Assembly (NCBI GenBank): GCA_040954595.2
Contig: CM082576.2
Coordinates: forward strand, 18,523,028 to 18,587,027
Direction: 5' to 3'
Origin: Balanoglossus misakiensis
Taxonomy: Eukaryota; Animalia; Hemichordata
Length of the DNA stretch: 64,000 nt
Shown here piece by piece: positions 10,798 through 21,458 of this stretch (position 1 is its first letter; every line of letters begins with the position of its first letter). Made by a program: the position numbers and the translations under genes. The notes beneath the pieces were generated by a model, which was not told the origin of the DNA, did no database searches, and was given only the letters and a program-made list of their open reading frames with translations.

Positions 10798-13319
10798 TCA
10801 AATAATATCCATGTCCCAAAAACCACTGTTCAAAACTGCATTGAACTCACTTCTGAATTCTACGAAGTTGGCATATGACAATGGCAGTTCAAGCACATTG
10901 CCACATGTGTGAGCAACTGGACGACGTTGTAAACCATCAAGTTTAACAAATGACACTTGAATCGGCTCTGCTGTCATTATGTCACAACCAGTGCAATATC
11001 TCAGGAACTTCTTTAGAGTACTTTGTTCAAGTTCACGGATGTATCGTTTTAAGTGATTAGCAACAGCCCTCTCATCATTATTCAAGCATTCGGCGATTTG
11101 AAGATGTTGTAGGACTTTCTTTGTTGTTGGTTTCTTGTCATTATACAGTCTATCCAAGTTCTCTTTGCCAATTTGTTTGCCTAATGGCTGTAAGATTGGT
11201 CGCCAACTATCAATGACAAACATTGGCTCTTGTACTATCTCTTTATGCGCTATTTCTTGCAGAATGGATCCAATGTTTTCTTTGGTTGGCAGTCTTTTAC
11301 AGTCATGTCGGTCTAACACTTCAATTAACTCATCTTCTTCTACTTCTTGGAAGTTCTTCATTGCAGCTTCAAATACTTCACGGTCCGATTCAGACAGGAA
11401 GTGATAATACACTTGAAGTAGACTTGCCTCTTCACACTTCTGGTCTCCAAACATTACTTCTTCCATGAATGGCTTTGCAAACTCAATAGGGAAGTAATCC
11501 ATTTCCTTCCAACCCTTCATGATTATTCTTGCTACAGCTTCCCATTTTTCTCTTGGGTAATCATGCCTAATGAATGGCACCCGGCAATTCTTTCCAACTG
11601 TGCAACATTCATAGAACTCGGACCAAAAACTTGTAAAACAGTCTCTCACAACTCCACTACCACTACCACGCTCAACATTACCTCCTGGCATAACCATGGC
11701 CACATTGATAGGACATGCCATAATCTTTGGATCTGAGAATTCTGAAATCATGTCATTCAAAACGTCACTCCTGTGTATTACAAGTGTTCTAGTCTCCACT
11801 GGGTCTTGATCTTCACTGATATGACTGGTAGTGTCTTGGGGCTGGGATTGGCTAACAGGTTCATCATTTTCAAAGAACGGCAATGTAGAATCAAGGCTTT
11901 CTGCTGAGTTACTATTGGAACCCCGTGATCCAAACTGAACAATGTTTGAATCATTATCACTAATCACCAGTGGTTCTGCATCAGAATCGACTGTCTCTAA
12001 TGTGACTTCAGAACCTACGTCAGGGATGGGTTCAGACTGGAATCTGCTACAACTGGGCATACCATGATCATGGTGAACTGTATCTAGGATATGCTTATTG
12101 TGGTTTCCTGCACTTGGTACACCTGCATCATTGCTCTCATCAGACAACATATCAATAGATTCCTGTGGAAGAGCTTGTGACTGTCCCTTGCTTGCTTGTA
12201 TCGTCTTTGCCGGTGGAACTGGCACATGCCTATCAAGTCCTGGATCAGGTAGATCAGCATCACTGCTGTCATCTGACAATGACACTGATTCTAATTGTGA
12301 CTGCTTACTTGTTTGTCTGCTTTTCTTTTTAGGTTTCACTACCTGTTCACAGTCTTTTCTCTTTGTCATAATGTAGAAGCGGAGCATTCTAAATCCAGTT
12401 ACTTCATACAATTCGCCAACGGTGCTTATTTCATCAATTGTTCTTTCTCCTGAATCTCTTATGTCAACGTGATAACTGTCCATGTCTCCTCGCTGTGATA
12501 CGCCGTTGGGGAAAAACAAATCTTTTCCTGTAGTCAGGAGATCAGCTTTCGTGCTCGACTTACTTACTGATATACACCTTGTTCCACCACCTTTTCTGGC
12601 TCGAACTTGCTTGTATTCTTTTTCAATGAAATCAAAATCAAGCCATCCTATTTCAATTTTCCGCTTTATTTTTGCTGCATGTGTATTACCAAATGGTCTT
12701 GGTCTAGTTGAGGCTTGTCCACGATTACCTTTACTTGATTCTCCCTTGTCATCTGATACACTATTCTGCTTTCCATTTCGAAGGCTAAATTTTTGTCTTA
12801 TTTTTTTCAGTAGTTCTGACTTCCTGCTCTCTCTGTCTGGAACAGTACAAAATAATCTGCGAGAGAAGTCCACAGCAGCAACTCTGTCCCCATAAGATGT
12901 CAAATACTTAGATAACATCTCATCATCCATTAAGAGGATCACCGATGGATCAATCTGAAAATCAATTTAAAGCACATGGAATCTTAGTGCATGCATATGG
13001 GCAGAGGGTGCGGGGGGTCTCGCTAAATACATACATACATGCATACATACATACATACATACATACATACATACATACATACATACATACATACATACAT
13101 ACATACATACGGGTACATACATACAAACAAACAAACAAACAAAGATGGAAAGACTGTCAATGAATATTTTTCCACCTACTAGCCTTAAAGCTCATTTAGC
13201 CATATTTACATATATGCAACAAGAACTAATAAAAAATTTACCTTTTCCTGTTCAAGTCTGTCAATTTCCTCTTCAGGCACTCTGCGTCGTCTAAGAAATC
13301 CATATAGTTTTTCTGCCAT
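10798..13319 (-). CDS. SAM-like + HECT-domain E3 ubiquitin ligase-like protein (~744 aa), transposon cargo
   Basis: Exon 13319-13242 (MAEKLYGFLRRRRVPEEEIDRLEQEK, GT donor, phase 0) joins exon 12954-10798 (TTTCAG acceptor, IDPSVILLMDD...), fully open. C-terminal HECT motifs SGVVRDCFTSFW, FLRYCTG and RPVAHTCGNVLELP (catalytic Cys). N-terminus is SAM-like. Confidence 0.88.
13027..13110. repeat. (CATA)n microsatellite in the HECT-gene intron
   Basis: Visible tetranucleotide run. Confidence 0.95.
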
Positions 13320-13581
13320 TTTGTCTGATCTGTTTGCTTAAGTAATATTTTTCTGTAAGGAAAATCAACAACAGTTAAATCAAAACTGATGTACCTAAAG
13401 ACAAGCATGAAATAATGCATCAACTTGATTTTTATGAACAGTTTGGGACATTTGAGAATATTATCTCAGAAGGAAAAACTATCTACTTTCTCACCTTGAA
13501 TAAAGTTGATATCTCACCAAAAATTACAGTGAAGCAAGAATTTTGTTCAGAATTTTTGATGAGGAAACTTCTCAATTGTCA

Positions 13582-13735
13582 ACATACATACATACATACA
13601 TACATACATACATACATACATACATACATGCATAAATACATACATACATACATACATACATACATACATACATACATACATACATACATACATACATACA
13701 TACATACATACATACATACATACATACATACATAC
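13582..13735. repeat. (CATA)n microsatellite
   Basis: Visible tetranucleotide run. (CA)n at ~14236-14273 and (TA)n at ~14624-14652 lie nearby. Confidence 0.95.
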
Positions 13736-13829
13736 AATTTAAAATAATTTAGGGAGTGATTAAGACTTCAACTTGGACTCTATTGATAATAATATAACTT
13801 TTGTAATAAATGCCATCGGTGCTTAAATC

Positions 13830-14145
13830 TTCATTATATTATACCAGTATATTGATGGTGTAAATCACGCTATTTGATTGGTCGAGACACGACACGTGAC
13901 CGTGATATATTAGCCATATACCACAGTCATATATCATAGTCAAAGAAAATGCCTTTTTAAAATGTTTAATGCAAAGTTTCAATATACTGGCATAATATAA
14001 TAGCAATAAAACACCCCAGTCATGGTATACCACTCGATTTTGACCAGTTCAACTCCATATACGCACTCGCTATCGCTCGTGCGTATATGTCGTGAACTGG
14101 TCAAAATCTCGTGGTATACCATGGCTGGGGGTGTTTTATTGCTTA
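13830..14145. mobile_element. Short non-autonomous element with a long fold-back (stem 14002-14143)
   Basis: ~60-bp imperfect inverted repeat around the core CACTCGCTATCGCTCGTG. Left boundary approximate. Confidence 0.55.
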
Positions 14146-14236
14146 AATATTAAATCAAGTCAATCAATGTGCACAAACATTACACACACACTCATTAATA
14201 CATAGAGACAGACACAGACAGACACATACACACTCA

Positions 14237-14277
<41 letters not shown>

Positions 14278-14620
14278 CCTATTTTGCTTTAATTTTTTTG
14301 TTTGAAACTTTCATATCAACTGAAGAGTTGTTGACGTTTGACCTTGGATGTACTGAGGTCACCATACACACTCACATTTGTCTGTGTCATAATCACAGAC
14401 TGAAGCAAAGTAAAATAAATCACAGCAGCTGTACTGATGTTAACATTGCATTGTTTAATATTCAAGATCAAGTTAAAGTGCATTTATTTATTGGAAGAAT
14501 CCAGTTATGGCAACTTGATCCTAGGCGATGTAACTATCCGCCCCACACACAAGTTGAATCATGTATGATATATGTTTCAAACAGCGCGGCATAAGGCCAG
14601 AGTTAGCCTCAAGTTGTGTT

Positions 14621-14655
<35 letters not shown>

Positions 14656-15572
14656 ATGGCATATGTTACATCATGAATCAAAAATCAAGCAAGTTAAGTT
14701 GAGTACGAGAAACTGACAAGAACGTCTCAGTCAACCTATTGCATGCAGCACATTGTCAACGTCGCGTCGATCGTGTTTGGCATGATCATGATGACGCTTG
14801 ACGTGCAAGGCGACTCAATAGATTGCCACATCACAAACCAGTACAAATTGTGCATCGTGTGGTCATGTTACGTGTACGACAAATCTACCGGTTATGAGAA
14901 GGAGGTAAAATCTCAACTTACCAACACTCAGTCAGTCTGATAAGATACGATGCAGCATGTAAGGCAGAATCCGACGAAAAGTCCTGGTACTAGGTCAAGC
15001 TAGTTTCCTATCTACACTGCGTAATGGTAGTTTAGGTGATTTAGGAGTGGAATGGTCGGAGTCCTATGTTAGGCTTGTAGTTATATCGTAGTATGCCAAC
15101 CCGGCGGGGGCGCTCGTCATGTCACGGTCCTGTCGGCCGAATTGCATGATGGGTGGGCGGGTGGGAGCTTGAGTCTCAAGCCGCCGTATAGATGTATAGT
15201 GAGATGTCACCAGATGCACTACTTTCTCTATATTTATATGCTTGTATATACATATTCATAAGTCCTATGCATATTCATCCTAGGTTTAACCAATCATCAC
15301 GCAGTGTAGACAGTTTCCTATCTACACTGCGTAATGGTAGTTTAGGTGATTTAGGAGTGGAATGGTCGGAGTCCTATGTTCCCTTTCCCTTCGTCTCTCC
15401 GCCAATCCCCTCTCTGGTTCCCAAACCTCATCAACACACCCCATAAACACTGTAGACATATCATACATGGCGTTCTCATACTATTTATTTCGTATGAAGA
15501 CAAGTCAAACAAAAACAAACAAAACCTGTACTGAAATCACATGCAGAGGGCAGGACAAAACTCACTCTAATC

Positions 15573-16898
15573 CTATTCTGACGTTGCCATAGAAAGACGT
15601 TGTGTATCTGCTAAAGAATTCATATTCTCGTATACCTCCTGCGCCTCGGTCATGGCTCTTTCCTTCAATTTCATCGCCGGCGCTGACGGTAACAATACCT
15701 TCGATAACTGCATATAGTATGAAGCTGTTGACTGCGTTTTCCATCCAATATGTTGCATAATATCTGGCATAGTTGACCCCGACAATGCTAATGCTATCGC
15801 ACAGGCACTACGAAAACTATGGATTGTCTCACCCTCAAAGATGTCTAATCTAGTCAGGTATTCCCTTAGCCGCGCGTTTGCTGCATTAGTAGAAAGAGAC
15901 GCGTCGCTAATCTTTCCGTCTCTCGTTGTCGAACGAAAAAACACACCTGGGTCTAAGCTCACATTACTAACACTAGCAAAATGTTTGTAAGATACAACCG
16001 CTCGTACTGGACAAATCGTCTCATCATCGTTCAGCATGATGGGACAACTACGAACGTTACCATCTCTTAGTGTTTTGCCCCATACGTGATTTAATAGTAA
16101 CCCTCCATTCTGTAAGGCAACGATATTTTTCGTCTGGATATTCAAGAGATCACCTGCCCTATCACCCGTAAATGCTAGACACAGGAAAAAGGCTTTATCT
16201 CTGGCCAAAATAAACAGCTGAACAGGGTTAATGTTGGGAAATTGATCCAATTTGGAATCTATCTCCTCAACCATGCGACGAACTTTCGCTAACATAATTG
16301 GCTTTGCTTGTCGCGGAACTAAATTTTCGTTCATTTGTTCTTCTGTCACCGACTTCAAATATTCTTTTACTACTTTGTCCGCTGCCGGATTGCCGATGCC
16401 CAATCTACTATCCCAATGGCCACCTCTCCCTATCCGATCAAATATCGTTCTAAGTTGCCCAATATACGAGTCAACAGTCTTAAACGCCAATCGCTTAGGA
16501 CACCGACAGCACTCATGTCTTCTACATTCAGCCGTGTGTAACGTAGTTCTGCCATCTTTGTCTTTCCACACCAGAAACCGAATAACATCTCTTGGCGAGG
16601 CGGAAGCAAGTGTTTTTGGCGGGGCCAGGTTTACCAAAAATTCCTCCAGTTCCCCTTGAAACCGATATGTCCGTGCATTATAGCGAGAGGTTCTAGGTCC
16701 CGACAATACCTCATCCAGACGCTTTTCGATAGCAGGGATGTCAATATCCAACGACTGCTTGTACGGATGGTCGGGCTGATTCGGTCTAGATTGGGCATTG
16801 TAGCCACATGTTTGACAGAAATTATAGCCAACATCATTTGGGTAGTGACACTCCGGACACTGTACTGCTGGCAACCATAATCGTGGCACACCCGTCAT
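15573..16898 (-). CDS. Tyrosine recombinase with N-terminal Zn ribbon and ALOG-type DNA-binding domain (441 aa)
   Basis: CPEC..CQTC; FLVWKDKDGRTTLH..C..CRCPKRLA...IGQLR...GNP (ALOG-like); catalytic GDR, GKT, HSFR, HIGW, YY. Confidence 0.92.
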   Translation of the reverse strand: MTGVPRLWLPAVQCPECHYPNDVGYNFCQTCGYNAQSRPNQPDHPYKQSLDIDIPAIEKRLDEVLSGPRTSRYNARTYRFQGELEEFLVNLAPPKTLASASPRDVIRFLVWKDKDGRTTLHTAECRRHECCRCPKRLAFKTVDSYIGQLRTIFDRIGRGGHWDSRLGIGNPAADKVVKEYLKSVTEEQMNENLVPRQAKPIMLAKVRRMVEEIDSKLDQFPNINPVQLFILARDKAFFLCLAFTGDRAGDLLNIQTKNIVALQNGGLLLNHVWGKTLRDGNVRSCPIMLNDDETICPVRAVVSYKHFASVSNVSLDPGVFFRSTTRDGKISDASLSTNAANARLREYLTRLDIFEGETIHSFRSACAIALALSGSTMPDIMQHIGWKTQSTASYYMQLSKVLLPSAPAMKLKERAMTEAQEVYENMNSLADTQRLSMATSE

Positions 16899-17076
16899 TA
16901 GTAGCTGTAAATAACAAGATCGAAACTAAATACGATTCCACCCAAGTATCTCACACTAACATTTCCGTGTCTTAACATTATAAAACATCAATAGCTGTAA
17001 AATCCGCCCCACCCCAATAGGATTCCTGTAAATTCAGCATATGTATTCGACTGTACATAGGCCTATATATAACATC

Positions 17077-19290
17077 CTATTCCATATCCTCCTGTGTATA
17101 ATCTGTGGTATAATCTAATTTGAATGCCCATATGTCATACAAGGACGGAGTCTGCCCCCACCCATTCTTTCTGGGAACTTCAAAGATATACGACCCTGCC
17201 CGAGCTACTTCAAGACACTTCACCGCCTCCCCATGTAGAATCGGCCACCAATATTGGACGGGTGACGTTTTCGGCACAATGATCGTAGCCAACGCTTTCT
17301 GTTCTTTGAGGAACTTTAATACCGGCCCGACCAAGTGAAAAGGAGGAAACACATAACAATCCTCGCCCGTTAAATCCTGTGCAAACACATCTACCCCCGA
17401 AGTATCGGGCGTTTTCCAAGGCGTAAAATGTCGCAACGGATTCCCATCTCTACCCTGCACAGTATTGGAATCTAGGGCCATTAAATCCACAGAGTGGCCA
17501 TCTTTCCCTCCAAATTCCCTGTCAATCTTCTGCCAATACCTCGAGATTAGCCGTGCATCCTGAGAGGTAAGTTTTCTTGATGGGAAATCAGCTGGATTGG
17601 CACTAGACGGAATATACCGCATTTCTAAGATGATATCCAAGTCATCTACTACCTCATACATGGTCTTCAAGGCGCTATTCATATCCTTGCTTCTACTTCT
17701 GAGATTCTGCCAGCAATGTAAAAGCGTTTTGTTATCCGTATAGGCAATAACCCGGGTATTGCGGACCACACTTTCAAATGACAGTAATGTTCTCTCAAGC
17801 GCCTTACTCTCCTTAAACGCTATCGGTTTTCCCTGCATATCCGTACCCCAGTAATCTCTTATCTCCCCTCTCCTTCCTCCCGCCATACAGATGCCGCCCC
17901 AAGCATACTGAGAAGCATCACTTGCGATCCTTATGTTGACGTGTTTCTCGTCTTTCCATTGACTATATATATTCCCTGCTTCCAACCTCCTCCAGCTTAA
18001 TATTTCCTCCCGTAACTCTGGGTGAAGAAATATCATACCTCCCTCTTTCTCAGCCTTAGACACGGAAGCTGCCATCTGCTGAATATACAATTTCGCCGAC
18101 GGAACGGCTACGGACAACGAAACACACTTCCCCATCAATCTCTGCATGGTTTTGACAGAAACACAGGGGCTACGTAAAATGTCCTCCCGTAAGTTCACGA
18201 ACTTTACTTGTTTCTGATGGGAGATGCTGAACTCTTTCTTAACTGAATCAACTTGAAAGCCGAGGAACTCCAAACATTGAGTTGGTACCACAATACACTT
18301 CTCAAGGCCAAGAAAGTAGCCAAGTGATATCATTACAAATGACATAATAAAACATGCAGCCTGGGCCTTTTCCATGTCAGACCATCCATGGGAAGAATGA
18401 AGTCGCAACTGTCCTGCATGTCTATCATCGATATACAACAATGATGGGACTCCATACTTTCGTACCTCATTCATTGCAACCGAGCCTATGGTCTGGTATA
18501 TAAAGGGTGAACATTTCCAGCCAAAGGGGATTGTAGCACACACAAACCACCACCCTCCCCATTGAATACCTAATAAAGCTCGGCTTGTGATGTTGATCAA
18601 CACATGGTCATAGCCACTTTTATCGTCCAACTTAGTTTGAAAATGACCTTGCTCCAGGTATCTTGGTACATCAGTAACTCTGTCTAAGCGAAATGGAAGG
18701 TCTTTCATCCAACAATTTAGAAACCTTTCATCGTGGCACAACCTAGGTTTTGTCGGTTCGATCGTCAATGGCATGACTAAATACGGAGGCCTCACTTTTC
18801 CAACCTCGCCCCAGACTTCAAGTGCACCAGAACGAACCCTTTCTAAAATGGTGTGGCTGATGAAGTCTATGTGACTCTTGCAAATAGTGTTATTTGGAAA
18901 ATACACACTTGGTGGGAATGCTAGATCATACTCCTTTCCCTGAAAATTACCATGGAAAGGAACAACGAAGTCGAACACAGAAACACCATTTTTTATCCAT
19001 CCTCCCACCAACTGTTCGTTTTCTTGTCCTTGAAGGATGGCCAGCCATTGGTCACGTTGTTGATGAAGCCCCCCTGCCAAGAATGTTCTAGGATTCCGAA
19101 AATGCAAATCCCTAGATGACGCCTTTACCAAACCATTCATAACCATTGATGGATGTGGGGCCACAGTAGTCGGAGCGGGATCTCCCTTCCAATCAACCCA
19201 GTCAACATTCCGTAACAGGTAGTCGTGATACGCTTTTCTTGGATTAACGGATACTTTTCGTTCCCAATCTGGTATACGTGGAAGTGAAAT
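17077..19290 (-). CDS. Pol: reverse transcriptase + RNase H + DNA N6-adenine methyltransferase-like domain
   Basis: LDDKSGYDH, IPFGW, YIDD (RT); SDAS, YTDN, NPADFPSR (RNase H); DLMA...VDVF...YVFPPF (DIRS MT). ORF opens at a TTTCAG acceptor (19290). Confidence 0.93.
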   Translation of the reverse strand: MSLPRIPDWERKVSVNPRKAYHDYLLRNVDWVDWKGDPAPTTVAPHPSMVMNGLVKASSRDLHFRNPRTFLAGGLHQQRDQWLAILQGQENEQLVGGWIKNGVSVFDFVVPFHGNFQGKEYDLAFPPSVYFPNNTICKSHIDFISHTILERVRSGALEVWGEVGKVRPPYLVMPLTIEPTKPRLCHDERFLNCWMKDLPFRLDRVTDVPRYLEQGHFQTKLDDKSGYDHVLINITSRALLGIQWGGWWFVCATIPFGWKCSPFIYQTIGSVAMNEVRKYGVPSLLYIDDRHAGQLRLHSSHGWSDMEKAQAACFIMSFVMISLGYFLGLEKCIVVPTQCLEFLGFQVDSVKKEFSISHQKQVKFVNLREDILRSPCVSVKTMQRLMGKCVSLSVAVPSAKLYIQQMAASVSKAEKEGGMIFLHPELREEILSWRRLEAGNIYSQWKDEKHVNIRIASDASQYAWGGICMAGGRRGEIRDYWGTDMQGKPIAFKESKALERTLLSFESVVRNTRVIAYTDNKTLLHCWQNLRSRSKDMNSALKTMYEVVDDLDIILEMRYIPSSANPADFPSRKLTSQDARLISRYWQKIDREFGGKDGHSVDLMALDSNTVQGRDGNPLRHFTPWKTPDTSGVDVFAQDLTGEDCYVFPPFHLVGPVLKFLKEQKALATIIVPKTSPVQYWWPILHGEAVKCLEVARAGSYIFEVPRKNGWGQTPSLYDIWAFKLDYTTDYTQEDME

Positions 19291-19357
19291 CTGAAAGCAA
19301 ACCAAATAGCCCAGTTAACAGGAGTGACTGGAAATTTAGTACCCAAGTCAACTCCCC

Positions 19358-19394
<37 letters not shown>

Positions 19395-19541
19395 CATGAA
19401 ACTCACTTCTCACATTCGTCGTCTCCCAAACAAATAAAGCCAACATAAACAATTTCTTCGTATGCAGCAAGCCGTTCCACATGAACTTTATTATTTAACA
19501 CCAACCATGAGGTCTGTCACGAAATCTACCATGACACAGTT

Positions 19542-20759
19542 TTACTTTTTTCTTCTGTCCCTTCTACTATCTCTATCATAATCATCACGACTAAAGCAGT
19601 TTCGAGAAAAGTGTCCCAATCGTCCACATCTCCAACATCTCCCACTTCTCATCTTTCCTGGCTTTCTCTCATACGAGTCCTTCGTTCCACTCGCTTTCTT
19701 GACTTTCGCGATCTTTTCCATTACATCGGCGTGTTCTTTCGAGCCCACTAGCGCTAGTACCATGTTTGCAATCGCTGGTGATTGCCGCTCTTTACGTAGA
19801 GCTCTCAGCATAGCTATGTATTTGGGATATTCCGGGTGTTGTATTTCTAGCGCTGTATCCACCACCAACTGGAACCGTGCCAAGGCCTCTTCTGGGACGA
19901 AAATGCATTCTTCTCGCTCGGCATAGAGGCGAAGTTCCGCCAAAGCTCTTTCAAATCTCTCCTGTCCTTCTCTGACGGTAACGTCATGAGCCCGTACCGT
20001 CTGCAGCATCTGGCGATGAACAAAAAACCAGAAGACATCAATATACAGTGGCAACATTCATGCATATCACTTGCATGAGAACAATAGATTCAGCCACACC
20101 TCAAGTCGCAAGTGAGAACAATGGCACTGGTTTCACAGCTGCCCATGTCGGCTCAAAAAATTTTTTCCACCATACCGCGTCAACCCGTGAAACGGGGCCG
20201 CCAATTATCCTCGTCTTACCCACTTGCGGCAATGGGGACGACATTTGCTTCCAATTTCACACCTCTCCTCAATATCCGCGTCGACCTGATTTACAGGGAC
20301 GCCAACAGCCACATGCCATACATCGGTAGATAGCCGTAAGCCGCTCCCGATCCCTCCAAGAACCTACCTGTTCCGGCATCGTTCACTCCATATTCCTGAA
20401 GAGAAAACCTTCCGAAGCATAGACCCACATGAAATTGCACTTCCCCAACCCGTGCTAAACTATTGACGGCAGGCCCAATGACCTCTCCACATATTCTGGC
20501 TTAATTCATTTGGAAGTGGTAACACTGCAAAAAAATCCAAACTCACCGGCGCATTCGAAACTGGTGTAGTCATGGTAGTATACGCTGGCACCGTTGTAGT
20601 TGCTGCCGTGCGAAGGCTCTGCGTCGCTACTATGGTGCTTGCCGTCGTTGTTCTCGTACCTACAGACGCCAATAACGTGGGGTTTATCACTGGGGTTTGC
20701 AGAACTGTCTTCCCCTGAGGAGTGGCACCCGCAGCACGCGAAGGTCCAGCTGAAGTCAT
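19542..20759 (-). CDS. Gag-like protein with CCHC zinc knuckle, probably spliced
   Basis: Exon 20009-19542 has CWRCGRLGHFSRNC. Candidate first exon 20759-20547 (T/A/P-rich, donor CCG|GTGAGT). Possible small exons at 20395-20368 and 20285-20220 are unresolved. Confidence 0.75.
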
Positions 20760-21015
20760 GACGAGCGCCCCGGACACTGGTAAACTTGCGTCTCAAGCCG
20801 CCGTATAGATGTATAGTGAGATGTCACCAGATGCACTACTTTCTCTATATTTATATGCTTGTATATACATATTCATAAGTCCTATGCATATTCATCCTAG
20901 GTTTAACCAATCATCACGCAGTGTAGACAGTAAAAGAACGCCATATTCTCTGTACCGATACACCGCCCTCTCTGGACAGTCTCCGTACCAATACACCCGC
21001 CCTCTTTAGACAAAT

Positions 21016-21458
21016 TTATCTCGAGATCTCGAGATAAAAAAATAAAAAGTCGGGAAAACGAATTGGAATTATCTCGAGATCTCGAGATAAAAAAATAAAA
21101 AGTCGGGAAAACGAACTTGAATTATCTCGAGATCTCGAGATAAAAAAATAAAAAGTCGGGAAAACGAATTGGAATTATCTCGAGATCTCGAGATAAAAAA
21201 ATAAAAAGTCGGGAAAACGAACTTGAATTATCTCGAGATCTCGAGATAAAAAAATAAAAAGTCGGGAAAACGAATTGGAATTATCTTGAGATCTCGAGAT
21301 AAAAAAATAAAAAGTCAGGAAAACGAATAGCATTATCTCGAGATCTCGAGATAAAAAAATAAAAAGTCAGGAAAACGAATGGAATTATCTCGAGATCTCG
21401 AGATAAAAAAATAAAAAGTCAGGAAAACGAATGGAATTATCTCGAGATCTCGAGATAA
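21016..21458. repeat. Right TIR array: 9 copies of the same 22-bp palindrome, linkers inverted relative to the left array
   Basis: Palindromes at about 21016, 21069, 21122, 21175, 21228, 21281, 21333, 21385 and 21437. Confidence 0.95.

Larger units (their letters stand above)
15002..20931 (-). mobile_element. PAT/DIRS-group tyrosine-recombinase retrotransposon with split direct repeats (A1-ORFs-B1A2-B2), apparently intact
   Basis: A = 20790-20931 and 15173-15314 (142 bp, identical). B = 15312-15380 and 15002-15070 (69 bp, identical). AGT is shared at both ends and at the internal junction. No conventional TSD. gag, RT-RNaseH-MT and YR ORFs are present. Confidence 0.93.

Noticed and set aside
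12945-13747. HTYI/MYVC-repeat ORFs
   Set aside because: Translations of (CATA)n microsatellites.
19362-19390. 29-nt poly(A) on the element strand as a LINE/SINE tail
   Set aside because: No TSD or upstream SINE body; it lies in the gag-pol spacer, probably an intron of the YR element.
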